Below are positions 1 through 11,018 of a stretch of DNA of 64,000 bases, in pieces. Source of the stretch: Epithemia pelagica (lineage: Eukaryota; Protista; Bacillariophyta); the NCBI GenBank assembly GCA_946965045.2, contig OX337239.1, forward strand, positions 62,001 to 126,000, in the 5' to 3' direction. The notes under the pieces are model-generated. The model ran no database searches. It was not told the DNA's origin and saw only the letters and a list, made by a program, of their open reading frames with translations. Numbering within the stretch: position 1 is the first letter of the stretch; each line of letters begins with the position of its first letter. Made by a program: the position numbers and the translations under genes.

Positions 1-1616
1 GGCCAGACGCCTTCAGGACGAGAATTTCGCCTGCTTGAGGATGGACTGGAGGGTGGATGGTTTCTTGGGGCAGCGGCGGGTGGTACCGGAGGCAAGGCCA
101 GCTGTTCCTTGACAGCATTTTGAACCATACTAGCAATCTGCGCTTGGAGATCCACCGTTTCTTTTTCTTCCTCGGTTTCATTCTTGGCAAACTTCTTGAG
201 TTCTTTTGCTACAACCGAGGCCAATTGTCGTTTGACAGACTTGGAGCGCCCTCCTTTCTTGTCATTCGGATTGTTCTTCTTCTTCGAAGGATTGGCCTTA
301 CGCCATTCACGCAATTCATCTTTCTGCTCATCGGTTAGCTTGTCATACTCACTGGGAGTGTGATACCGAAGGTGGACACCCGTTTTGCCAATGCTTTGTT
401 TCTTGGCCACGGTAGTTGAACTCGCCTCAGCCATCCCAGGAGTGTCATCGACTTCAATGGATGAGATTTGCGCAGCGTTGCGCTTGTTGTTTGTTGCAGC
501 TGCCCGTTTCTTTGCAACAGGGTCATACGGCAGTAAGTGGGCAGCAGCCTTTTCAAACCTGTTGCGCATGCCATCAGGGTCGGTGTCAGTCCGAACACTG
601 GCCATGGCGGCTTGGAGTCCTGCATCGGCACATTGGATTCCATCAAGCAAGTACCCGACACGCGTGTGTTCATTGGGTAACTGGTAAGCAACATGTTCTG
701 CACATTGTTGCATGGAAACATATGCGTTTCTATGTTGTGCAATAAACCCTTCCAGTGGGAAACTGTTTTGGCCTTTCCAGACACGTGTGTGGAGCAGATC
801 ATCCTGACGCTTGATCTCGGCCTCCCACTTATCTTGACCCGCATATTGGCTGGTAAGGGCCAACCATGCGCCTCTTCCATCTTTATTACATTGATAAGGT
901 TTAATAGATGCTGCATACGTCGTCCCTCTAGTTGCTTCCTCCAGGTGGTAGTATACTGATCCATTGTCTTCTCTGTATAATTCGTGATCGTGTGATGCAC
1001 GGGCTACCAATTCCACTTCAATCGATCCGTATTCTGCAGAATGCGGCTTATTAGTGGCTTGTGGAGGAGGAACAACCGGCACATCGACTTCTTGCCGAAT
1101 CACATATGCCAATGGGATAGTCCTGACACCAATGATCCTGTGGAGGTAATCTTGGAACGCTTCGGTCCATTTGATAATTGGTAGTGCCTTGCTGATCTTC
1201 GGGACATCTGGGTCGTCTGAGTCCTTTCGAGCCTTCAACGCCTTCCATTGAACTTCAAAGTTCTTCATCACATGATTCCATCTCATATTAGGTTGGGTTA
1301 GGTCACGACCAACGGTGTTATAGTACCGCACTAGGTCACACGCCACAGTTAGACGATGTTGTGACTTGGCTCCAAATACGAACGGCGGTGTCGGAATTGT
1401 TGCACCAACAGCTGCCCCAGGGTTGGGATCTTGAACTCGTCCACCTGGTTTCCGTAGGTTGTCAGCAACCTGTTGAAGAGTCTCCTTGTCAAAGTCAGCT
1501 AGGTCAGGAATCGTCGCGATTCCTTCAACTTGAAGTTGAGCTACCGTCGGCTGGGGAATGCCCATTTGATCGGCATCTTGAAAGAAAGACGTCGTTTGGG
1601 CTGCAGTTAGTACCAT
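1..1616 (-). mobile_element. gag: Ty1/copia (CoDi-like) LTR retrotransposon gag/ORF1, running off the window edge
   Basis: Manual translation from ATG at 1616 gives a stop-free frame to position 1: MVLTAAQTTSFFQDADQMGIP...FVFGAKSQHRL...IIKWTEAFQDYLHRIIGVRTIPLAYVIR...YYHLEEATRGTTYAASIKP...DGRGAWLAL..QYAG.DKW...FPLEGFIAQHRNAYVSMQQCAEHVAYQLPNEHTRVGYLLDGIQC...GKTGVHLRYHTPSEY..L..EQK.EL.EW. These motifs are recalled from diatom copia gag proteins. The ORF track omits it because no stop falls inside the window. Confidence 0.85.
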
Positions 1617-1655
1617 GGTGATGTAGTTCACACGAAAAATCGGAACGAATGGGTC

Positions 1656-1919
1656 TGATAAACTGCTAAAAGTTCGCTATCAGAAAGATTATACGTTCAT
1701 TATCGATAAAGCTACCTTGGTTTACAGGTGGGAGTCGTACACAGCTCTCACCGAATTCGGCCACATAGCCGTGGTAGCTCAGACACATTTGTCGTTCATT
1801 GCCAAATATAGGCCACAATTTCAACACTTTCATCCTGTCCGTCACTCCTAGTCTCACTTCGTGATTCGGGCGATGATTGGAGTCACGAACGCGGATCACC
1901 ACACGACGCATACGCATCA
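1656..1919 (-). mobile_element. Putative 5' LTR (~264 bp) of the copia element
   Basis: On the minus strand the segment starts TGAT(G) at 1919 and ends (T)ATCA at 1656 (TG...CA with 4-bp inverted ends), 40 bp upstream of the gag ATG. The matching 3' LTR lies outside the window, so the boundaries are inferred. Confidence 0.6.
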
Positions 1920-2039
1920 AGGAACGGTCGAACCAAAAGATCCATCCTTCGATCGATCGATGGATAGAGAGAGAGACAGATTGAACGAATACTCTAGATC
2001 GACTCCAACTCCAGAAGTGACACCATTATCATTATCAAT

Positions 2040-3609
2040 ATGAGGGTCTTCTTGGTCCCACTGTTTCTTCTTCTTGTGGTGGTGGTTTGGTTGGTGCTCC
2101 TCTCGACCGTCTCGGCCTGGATCTTGCCAGTGGGATCCAATCGACCGTACCACCACCATCGCCACCCACCAACCGTGTCGTCGTCGTCATTCTCCTTGGT
2201 ACCATTCGGTTCCCCTCGTCCCACCACTGCGACGCCTAGGTTCCTTCTCCAAGCCACCACTCAGAATGACCATGACAACGACGACGACCATGACGAGGAC
2301 CCGGACGATGCGGTGTGGAATCCGGACACCATTTTGCAAGTGGCAGCCGCCTTGCCTCAAGACGACAACAAGAACGACTCTGTCATTGTGGTGAAATATG
2401 GAGGCAATGCCATGACATCGCCGTCCTTGAAACAAGCCTTTTGTCACAATGTCGCCGCCTTGCAACGCTTGGGCTTTCGACTCGTGATTGTGCATGGCGG
2501 AGGACCGCAAATCAATCAGTTATTACAGCAACTCAACGTTACCTCCACCTTTTCTCCCACGACCGGCATGCGCATTTCCACTCCCGAAGTCGTCCAAGTG
2601 GCCGAACTGGTGCTGAGTGGCTCGGTCAATAAAGAATTGGTGGCCACGATTGGACAGTATGGCGGACGGGCCATTGGCGTATCGGGACGGGACCATTGGT
2701 TGTTGCAATGCACGGCGCAAGATGAAACCAATTTGGGCTTGGTCGGACACGTGGAGCACGTCAATGCCGAGTGTTTGCACGATTTGCTCAACATTGGTCT
2801 CATTCCCGTCGTGTCTCCCATTGGCACGGGTGTCAAACCCACCAGCAGCACGACACCACATTCCTCCAACAATCAAGAACCCCCCACGGCCTACAATGTC
2901 AATGCCGATGTGGCCGCCGGATGCATTGCCAGTGCCATGCACGCCAAGCAAGTGATTTTTTTGACCGACATTGCCGGAGTCTTGGACGCGGACGGCACGG
3001 TCCTGTCGGAATTGACGTTGCCGCAAGTCCAAACCTTGTTGGATACAAACGTGATTACCGGGGGCATGATTCGTACGTATCACTCTATTCTATTATTTGT
3101 GTGTGTGTTTTGGTGACTGTTGGTTTGGGAGAGAGTTTATTATTGTGTGTGTGTGCGGTTGCTATAGTTTTGTGTCTCCTTGTCGTCCCCTTGTCGATCG
3201 ATTGTGGTGTCGGGACCGTGTCCTTCTCGGTCCTTCTCACACACACACAATCCTCCTACGTGTCGATTGCCGTTTGGTGGTTTGTGGTTGGTACCCATTC
3301 GTCTCACATATGGACTCTCGCGGTCTCTCTCTCTCTTTCTCTTTTTCTTTCTATTTGGTTGTATTGGATTGGATTGGTTGGTTTCAATTCCATCGTGGTT
3401 CCTTCCTTTCCAATGCAGCCAAAATCTCGTATGCCACCACGGCCGTCGAACAAGGCGTAGAATCGGCCGTCATTTTGGATGGTCGCGTCCCCCATGCCTT
3501 GTTGAAACAAGTCGTGTGGTCGTCCTCGTCGTCCAAGAATACGGGAGGAACCGTCATTACCTCGTCGTCCAGCAAAGACAACAACAACAACAACAAGAAT
3601 GAGGAATAG
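2040..3609 (+). CDS. argB: N-acetylglutamate kinase, plastid-targeted; join(2040..3072,3419..3609), 407 aa
   Basis: Motifs VVKYGGNAM, VIVHGGGPQI, GMRIS, GRAIGVSGRD, GLVG, IPVVSPIG, YNVNADVAAG and IFLTDIAGVLD are present. A GTACGT..TGCAG intron (3073-3418) restores GGMIPKI...GVESAVILDGRVPHALL. The hydrophobic signal peptide ends VSA|W (ASAFAP-like). Confidence 0.93.
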
Positions 3610-4082
3610 AAGAAACAACAACAACAAGAACAAATCAATAGAGAGACGACACTCGACACAGTATCCATCTAGTATTGACTGATTGATCGAGAGACGAGGA
3701 AATGAGAGTGGAACCCATCGATCCAACCATGCGGGCCGTCCGTTTGTGGAACAAGTGCCATTGTGGTTCCGTGGAGGAGGGACGACACGACACACAACAG
3801 GACCCTCTCCGCAGTCTCATCCCATCATCCATTGTTGTAGTAGTAATAGTAGTTGTACGAGAGTCGTAGTACGAAACTGCGGCTTGGCCCGTTGTGTCTG
3901 TAGCGTTCTTGTATGGTGCACGACGACAACCACCACCAGCACCACGGTCGAATCGAGTTCTTGGCAAGAGTGGTAACGTGTCTCCATTTTCTCGCTCTCC
4001 GAGCAGGCTCGTGGTTTCTCGCAGCCGCACCTCCATCGGTGGGAGGTGGATGTGGCGTGGTCCTGCGTTGGATGCCTGGGAG

Positions 4083-4266
4083 GGCCCATGCACGGAATTC
4101 TCCTGCGAATGAGATCCTTCTCTCTCTGTGTGGGGCGCCGCGGTCACCATTTCTTCCCTGCTCATGGAACAGGCCATGCACGGAATTCTCCAGCGAATGA
4201 GATCCCTCTCATTCTTTGTGGTGGGGTGCCGTGGTTACCATTCCTTCCTTGCTCACAGAACAGGCC
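4083..4266. repeat. Diverged tandem duplication, ~88-bp unit x2 plus a partial third
   Basis: ggcc(c)atgcacggaattctcc(t/a)gcgaatgagatcc...gctca(t/c)(g/a)gaaca occurs at ~4083 and ~4172, and a third copy starts (ggcca) at ~4262. Confidence 0.8.
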
Positions 4267-4992
4267 ACTGTCCATTCCTTTTGCTGCCAGGACTCTTTTT
4301 CGCTTTCTTCCTCCCAGCCGCACTGTTCTCTACTTCGTATCGACTGCTGCGGTCCGCTCTACAGACAACCTCGTATACAGTCTTTGTTCGGTACCCAAGA
4401 TTCCCAACAATGACTCCATGACAAACAGCTGCAGATCTGATGCAGCATGATGTGTAGCAAGGAGGAGGCAGGAGTCTGGTTTGGACTTTTTGGTGTCATT
4501 GTGTGCCGGAACAAAAAAGTGAAGGAGGATCAAAAAGGTTCACGATTTTGTAAGACTGTTGCAGAATGTTTCGTTGAAAAAGCCTGCGGGCTAGTTCCAT
4601 GTAGAGCTGGAAATAGCAATAATAATAAGATACTCCGTTTGGGTTTGGGGCTAATCTGATGTACTCTGTCTCTGTAGTCTCTAGCTAGAAGAGGGTCCAA
4701 GCAACGGATTTGAAACGACTGGCTCGCGGGCTCTGCAATTTCTGTGCGATAGAAAAAGCGACTGCGCGTACGCATGTGTGGAGACTCTCGGAAGTAGATC
4801 TAAAACTCGGAAGCAAAAGCAAAGGGTGGCTTTGACACGACAGAACAAGATCCACCCTTTAGTTACAAACAGCACACGATTTGTGGGACAGAGGAACAAC
4901 TTGTTATAACAATGAGGGATGAGTTATGCTCATAAAATTGCAAACTCAATCGCAAGAGCAAGCCGAGATCACCACCATCTTCTCCGTTTATC

Positions 4993-5778
4993 ATGTTGAC
5001 TTCCCTACTCGCCGTGTTCTTTTTCGCTGTCGTTGCGCCCATGTCTACCGTCGTTGTTACCGCGGAGATTCAAGGCAATGTCACTTGGGCGGATATCACC
5101 AACAAGGATGAATGTGACGTTTTAAGCGCTACGTGGAGGTCGACCTGTACCACGGAAGGCAACACTCGCCGCCACCTACGTCGCACCGCCGTCCGATCAG
5201 ATGGTGGTGTCCGCGGCACGCGCCGTCGCGATCTTTCGAGCAATGGCATCAAAACGAGAGTCTTGAAGGGCTCGAAGAAGGGCTCGAAGAAGGGCAAGGG
5301 AGGTCTGACCGGAAAACAGGTGGAAGGAACGTTGGAATTTAAGGCGGAGGAAGGAACGTTGGAATTTGCTTTTTTCGAGGGAACCAACTTTTTCGACCCC
5401 ATCAACTGCGGTGTTCCGGCAGATGCCGGTCCCCAGCCTTTGACTGTGGTACAGGATCCGGATGTCGGGGGCTCTGTGGAATTCCTAATGAGCGATAATA
5501 TATCTGCTTCCATTTTGGTGGATATCGATGAAACCAGTATTACCATTCAGGAACCCATTCTCAAAGATCCTTTTGAGGCCAACGACTGGGAGATTATCTT
5601 GGATTTTCAAGATTTAGACAAGGACAAAATTGAGAATGTGATTATTGTTACGGATACATTTGACGGCGGAGTTACGGTCAGTTTCACCGACACGACCATC
5701 ACCATCTTGCCTCCGCCTTTTGGTTTCTCTCTCGACGGTGACGACGAAGTCACCCTTGACGTTGAACTTGGAAAGTAA
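4993..5778 (+). CDS. Secreted protein with RXL sites, a Lys-rich cluster and an acidic beta-rich C-terminal domain
   Basis: 261-aa intronless ORF: signal peptide MLTSLLAVFFFAVVAPMS, then RRHL, RRRDL and RVL|KGSKKGSKKGKGG, followed by a strongly D/E-rich domain. Confidence 0.8.
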   Translation: MLTSLLAVFFFAVVAPMSTVVVTAEIQGNVTWADITNKDECDVLSATWRSTCTTEGNTRRHLRRTAVRSDGGVRGTRRRDLSSNGIKTRVLKGSKKGSKKGKGGLTGKQVEGTLEFKAEEGTLEFAFFEGTNFFDPINCGVPADAGPQPLTVVQDPDVGGSVEFLMSDNISASILVDIDETSITIQEPILKDPFEANDWEIILDFQDLDKDKIENVIIVTDTFDGGVTVSFTDTTITILPPPFGFSLDGDDEVTLDVELGK

Positions 5779-7076
5779 ATCGAGTGAGAATTAAAAAACA
5801 CGTTCGGAGACACGAGGAAGATAAGGAGTGAAAAGCATCTATCGAAAAGAGAGAGAGAAAAAAAGGCCGTAAAAGATAGGTAGATTGATCAAATGAATAA
5901 TACCGGCCATCTGTCATGTGCACAAGAATACAAAACAAGAACCCAATAAATACAGTGTCTGTAGGTTGTACGTTCCGGCTCGTTTCCCGAACCTTTCTCC
6001 GCCTTGTCCTCCGATAATACAGATTGATACAATCGACGTCGATATCGTAGTTTATGGGCCACACCTATCCCATACTGTTCTACAGGAATCTGTACGGTTG
6101 ACAATCCTCCACTGTCGTCAAACGTCTTCACAGCACACATGGTAGGTACGCCAGAGCCCATGGACCTTGAAGGACGGTAACGTAAATCTGTGCGATTGAA
6201 AATCTGTTCCATTGTCACCACTGTCTTGACAACACACACGGTACCCCAGATCCAATCGATACGGACGGTACTAGAAGAGTTTTTCTCCGTATGGACGCGT
6301 GTGACAAGGAGGAGAGGCTCTTGGACCAATGGTTGTGCTCCTGGCATTTGGCAGCGGCGCGTGGATACAATCGAGTAAAATAGGATAGTAGGCCAAAAGG
6401 TGGCACGGTCTGTGTTCCGTTGCGGGCATTCCGGACGACTGTATACCAACCGTCCGTGCGAGTGGGTCGTTGTTTGTGGGTGGAGAGAAGTATCCTTGTT
6501 CCCGTGGAGGAGCGACGACGACACGACACACCAGAACCCATCCTCCTCCTCTCATTTGTCGTCGTCGTAGTTGTTCTTGTTGCTGTTGTTGTACTGTAGA
6601 GTCGTAGTACGAAACCACGGCTGCGTTGCCAGTTGCTGGTCCATGTTGTGTGTGGTCTCCCAGTCTTCTTTTTCTTCTTTGTCTTGTTCTTCACCCACAA
6701 TCGACTACACGTAGCTACTAGCTAGCTGTAGAGGTGGGAGAGAGTGTGCGGTTTCTTTCCGTCTCGGTCCGTCTAGTGATTCGGAAAAACAACACCCAAC
6801 CAACAACACTACTACGGCTCTACAGGCGATTGAACGGAACGGAACGAGTTGTTGTGGCGTGGTGGTGACTCGTGTCTTTCCTTCTCACAGTCTCGGTCGT
6901 TTCTGCAACGACTGGACCGTTTGGGGAGAGAGTGTGTGAGTGACAGAGTGAGAGAGAGGGGCCTTGCGGCTGCGGCTTGCTACTGGTGGCTGCTGCTTTG
7001 GGTTTTTGAAAGCCAGCACTCTTGACAACAACAACAAACAGAATCACAAATTCACACATCTCTGGAACTCATCATC

Positions 7077-10000
7077 ATGTCTTCGATTGATTATTGGCCC
7101 CATCCGACACACTTGGACGATCCCTGGCATGGGCCCTTGTGGACGGCCTACGGCGCCGCCGTCTTGACAATGAGTGTGTATTCCCTCAACAAGCTGCGAC
7201 ACTTGGTCGTTGCCTTGTATGCCATTTTGAGGCGTCTTGCCGTCCGGACGGCAGCCACAACCACAAGAAGTCAAAGTGGACCCCAACGACGACGACAATC
7301 ATGGTCCGACGGCCGTGGAGGAGGGACGGATTCGGCTCGTCCCCCCAAACGACAACCACCACACAAACGACAATAAGGACGACGATTCCTGTTGGTTGCC
7401 CCATGTCACGGTGCAAATTTGTACCTACAATGAAGGCGATGTCATTCGCGAGACCATTGCTGCCGCCAGTCAATTGGACTGGCCCCTGTCGAAATTGACC
7501 ATTCACGTCTTGGACGATTCCACAAATCAGGCGAGCATGGAAATTGTCGAGCACGCCGTCCAGGAATGGCGTCAGTTACGACCCGGTTTGGACTTATGTC
7601 GACGAACCCGACCGACCCTACACGGCTACAAGGCGGGCAATTTGCGGCATCACTGTTCGGCCATTCAAGGTGATTTGGTGGCCTATTTTGATGCCGATCA
7701 TCGTCCCGAAGCCACCTTTTTGCGCGTCACCATTCCCTACTTTTATCATGGCGACGGCACGTTCAATCCCAACATTGGTTTGGTTCAAACGCCCTGGGCC
7801 TATGACAATACCCATTATAGTCTCTTGACCGAAAGTGGTACGTCGAATTGTCGTGGTCGTGTTGGTGTCGTTCGTGTGGTGGTCGGTTGTCGAATCGATT
7901 AGAATATGAGATTCAGTGTGTGTGTGTGTGTACATGTATATGTACGGTTGTGGTGGTGTTTGGCCCGGCTGTATGTGTCGAGAGAAGGATTGTCCAACAA
8001 CCATCAAAACAACGAGCGCGAGACTGCAAGTGTTGTTTAGTTTGGTGCAGTTTGTGGTGGTTTCTCGGCGGCACCACACGGATTGGCGGCCCTCCCTTTT
8101 GTTGTCGTTGTTGTCGTTGTTGTCGTTGTTGTTGTTGTTGTCATTTATTCCTGATTGGATCCGACTCACTCTCTCTCTCTCTCTCTCTCTCTCTCGTTCG
8201 GCATGGTTTACTCACACACTATACTCTGTCCTTTCTGTGGATGGCTCGATCGACACGCACGCACAAACACGCATTTTCTCTCTCTCTCTCTTGTCCTCTC
8301 AATTTCGACTCTTGTTGGTTGATTGGTTCATTGCAATTTGCCAGACGCGCTCTTGTTGGATACGCATCATGTGGTGGAACAAACGGGTCGAGCCTATGCG
8401 CACAAGGTCTTTGGCTTTAATGGAACGGGCGGGGTGTGGAATCGTCACGCCCTCGAGGCGGCGGGAGGATGGACGTGGGATACCGTAACCGAAGACGCGG
8501 CCGTTTCGTATGTGGCCCATTTACACGGCTATGAGTTTGTCTACACGTACCAGCATCCCCAATTGTTGGAAATTCCCAATACCATTACCGCCAATGTCCA
8601 ACAAAAACATCGGTGGACCAAGGGCTTTTTTCAAGTTTTGCGATTGTACTATGGTCCCCAACTTTGGGGCAAGGCCTCGTGGCATGTCCAATTCGAAGCC
8701 TGGATGCACTTGACGGCCGCCCTCCAATCGTGGTGTACCCTCGTGGCCTTGGTCCTGTTTCCCCTCGTCGTCTTGCATGGCATGAACCCGGACCATACAA
8801 CGACCACGTGGATCAAGTACCGGTCCTACTTCTTGACGCTGGAACCAATCGTCACGGCCATTGTGGTCGTGTATACCAAACCGGCCGGGAGCAATGGACA
8901 TTATCAAAGTTTTTGGCAACGCACCCAACGACTGCTGCTCATTGCTCCAGCCTTTTCGTACAAGTGTGGCATGGTCGTCTTTGAAACTCGTGCCGTCCTG
9001 GCGGGATTGGCCTCGAACGATGCCACCTTTTGGACGACGCCCAAAGTGGGAAGCAGCAACAACATCAGTAGTAGCAGTAGTAGTACGACGACATCCACAA
9101 TCAGCCACAGCACCCTCCAGACGACGCACCACAAACTGGAAGATCCCGACCAGACGACGACGGTCCAACGTCCCCGTCGTCGCTTGCCGTCCTTCAATGT
9201 CGTGAATAAGGATTGGACCGACGATTTGTGTTGTGTGATTGGCATTGTCTTGGGACTGGAACGCTTGTGCTTTGTCGTGGGCTTTGATTTGCACTACACC
9301 AGTGATACCTTTGTGCGCTTCTTTCTTCGCTGCGTTAATTTATTCTTGTGGGTCAGTCTCTTGTGGGTCAATACGTGTTTTTGGATTGAAAAACACAAGT
9401 GTTGGTTGTGTCAAAAGCTCTTGTGTGCCACGTCGGCCACCCGCCAAACGGCCAAAAAGACACCCTACGCCTTGTTTTTGTGTTGCAGTCTCGTGACCTT
9501 ATACAAGGGACCCTTGGAATTGCATCACTATGGACTCTTGGAACACTATGGCATGGATGGCTGGAACAGCAACAACTCTTACCACAACAACAACAACGAG
9601 GAAGATACCAGTTGGATTTCGCGCACCGCCTTGCAAGCCGATCAACCCTGGTCCTGTCCACCCCAGGCGCCGCACTCATTGGCCAAACCACGAACGCCTC
9701 TTGTGGTCGTGTCCTTGTCACCATCCATGTCGGCTTTGTCATTGGGGACCGAGGAGGACTCTCTTACCGTCCGCAGTAGCAGCAGCGGCAGCAGAAGTAG
9801 TACGGATTGGGTACTGGGATTCTTGCAAGAACTCAACGAGGAGACCATGACACGCAATCCGCATCATCATCGTCATCATGCCTCTGTACAAATCCAAACC
9901 TTTAGTACTCCCATGTTCCAGGCCGCACCAACCACGGGCAAGTCCACAACCAGAAATGACCAAGCAGAAGACGACCAAGTCTTGTCCGACTGGAAACGGG

Positions 10001-10747
10001 AATTGTGGCATGCCTGCTATTCCAACACGACCAACTCGAGCGGTTTCAACAAGACGATACAAGAGGCACATAGCGAACACGTCGCCCGTCTCCAAGATCT
10101 ATGGGCCCATCGTCAGGAACGACCGTTGGAATGGTTGGACTTTGTTCGTCGCATCCCGTCGACCTATGTTCAACAGTATTTTACAGTCCAAGTGAATCGT
10201 CCCGACTCATTCGAATCTCTTTCAACGAATGATAATACTCTAGTGTCGCTGAACCAATTGATTCAGCACGAGGCACACTTTCCCGGCGCCAAGTACATTT
10301 TTGTGTGGCAACGACGCATGATAGAAACGTATATTGCCACCATGGTGGATGCCACCAAGAATGCAACGATTACCATGGACAAGGACCATTTCGAACAATG
10401 GCTGATCGAGGAACGTGACTATTACCAACGACTCTATTCGGCATTGGAAGAACAACACATTTCCTACCACGCGTTGGAATATGGACGTGACTTCTCCACT
10501 GCCACTGCGATTGACCAAACGGCAGCCCGTTTGGAATCCTTCTTGGGTGTGGAACCCTCCGTGACAACCAACACGACGTCGTCGTCGTCCTCCACCTTTC
10601 GGCGACGGATTAAACAACTTTTACCACCGCATCGTCGTCGTACCCCAGGAATTGCGAGACATGGTGTCCAATTGGGACGCGGTCGTGCAGTGGGGATATG
10701 GAACCACGCGAGATACCGTATGGCCCAATCTATTTCCAAGGACTTGA
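7077..10747 (+). CDS. GT2 processive glycan synthase (CslA/CslC-like) fused to a Stf0-like sulfotransferase; intron 7838..8344; two apparent +1 frameshifts (~7265, ~10630)
   Basis: An N-terminal TM helix (LWTAYGAAVLTMSVYSLNKL) lies in the 7077 frame. The catalytic part has VTVQICTYNE, VLDDS, GYKAGNL, YFDAD, VQTPW, FNGTGGVW, TVTED and QKHRWTKG (D,D,D,QxxRW). A GTACGT..CCAG intron joins TES|DALLL. After several TM helices the same frame continues into RSSTDWVLGFL...KYIFVWQRR..ETYIA...ITMDKDHFEQWL...LEYGRDF...LESFLGV...IKQ, with the closing PQELRDMVSNWDAV in the +1 frame (stop 10745-10747). Confidence 0.8.
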
Positions 10748-11018
10748 ATGTGCTGCCTAGTTGCTTCATGGTATCTTTTGTTTGTGTTCGCTTCCAACAA
10801 GAAAGTCATAGCATTTGGTATTCTGTTCGTCTCGTGAGATCGGCCAGCGATCATTGTCTTTCATGGGGCGGGCGTGCTCGCAGCGTGGTACGACCCACTC
10901 AGATCGGGTTTTTATGCGAAGATGAAAGAATTGGACCGTCTCTCGTCTCCTCGATGAGGACCACACGAGAAAATCTGTCTCCCTTGCCAGCAGTTCTATC
11001 AACAGAACATAATTTAAA

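Noticed and set aside
335-1248. Tracked ORFs 335..1000 and 1051..1248 as genes
   Set aside because: They are off-frame shadows of the copia gag frame starting at 1616.
1640-1655. Primer-binding site of the copia element
   Set aside because: The sequence after the putative LTR (GACCCATTCGTTCC) does not match a tRNA complement I can recognise, so it was not called.
4300-4920. Possible non-coding RNA or element upstream of the secreted protein
   Set aside because: No terminal repeats, conserved boxes or convincing structure visible by eye.
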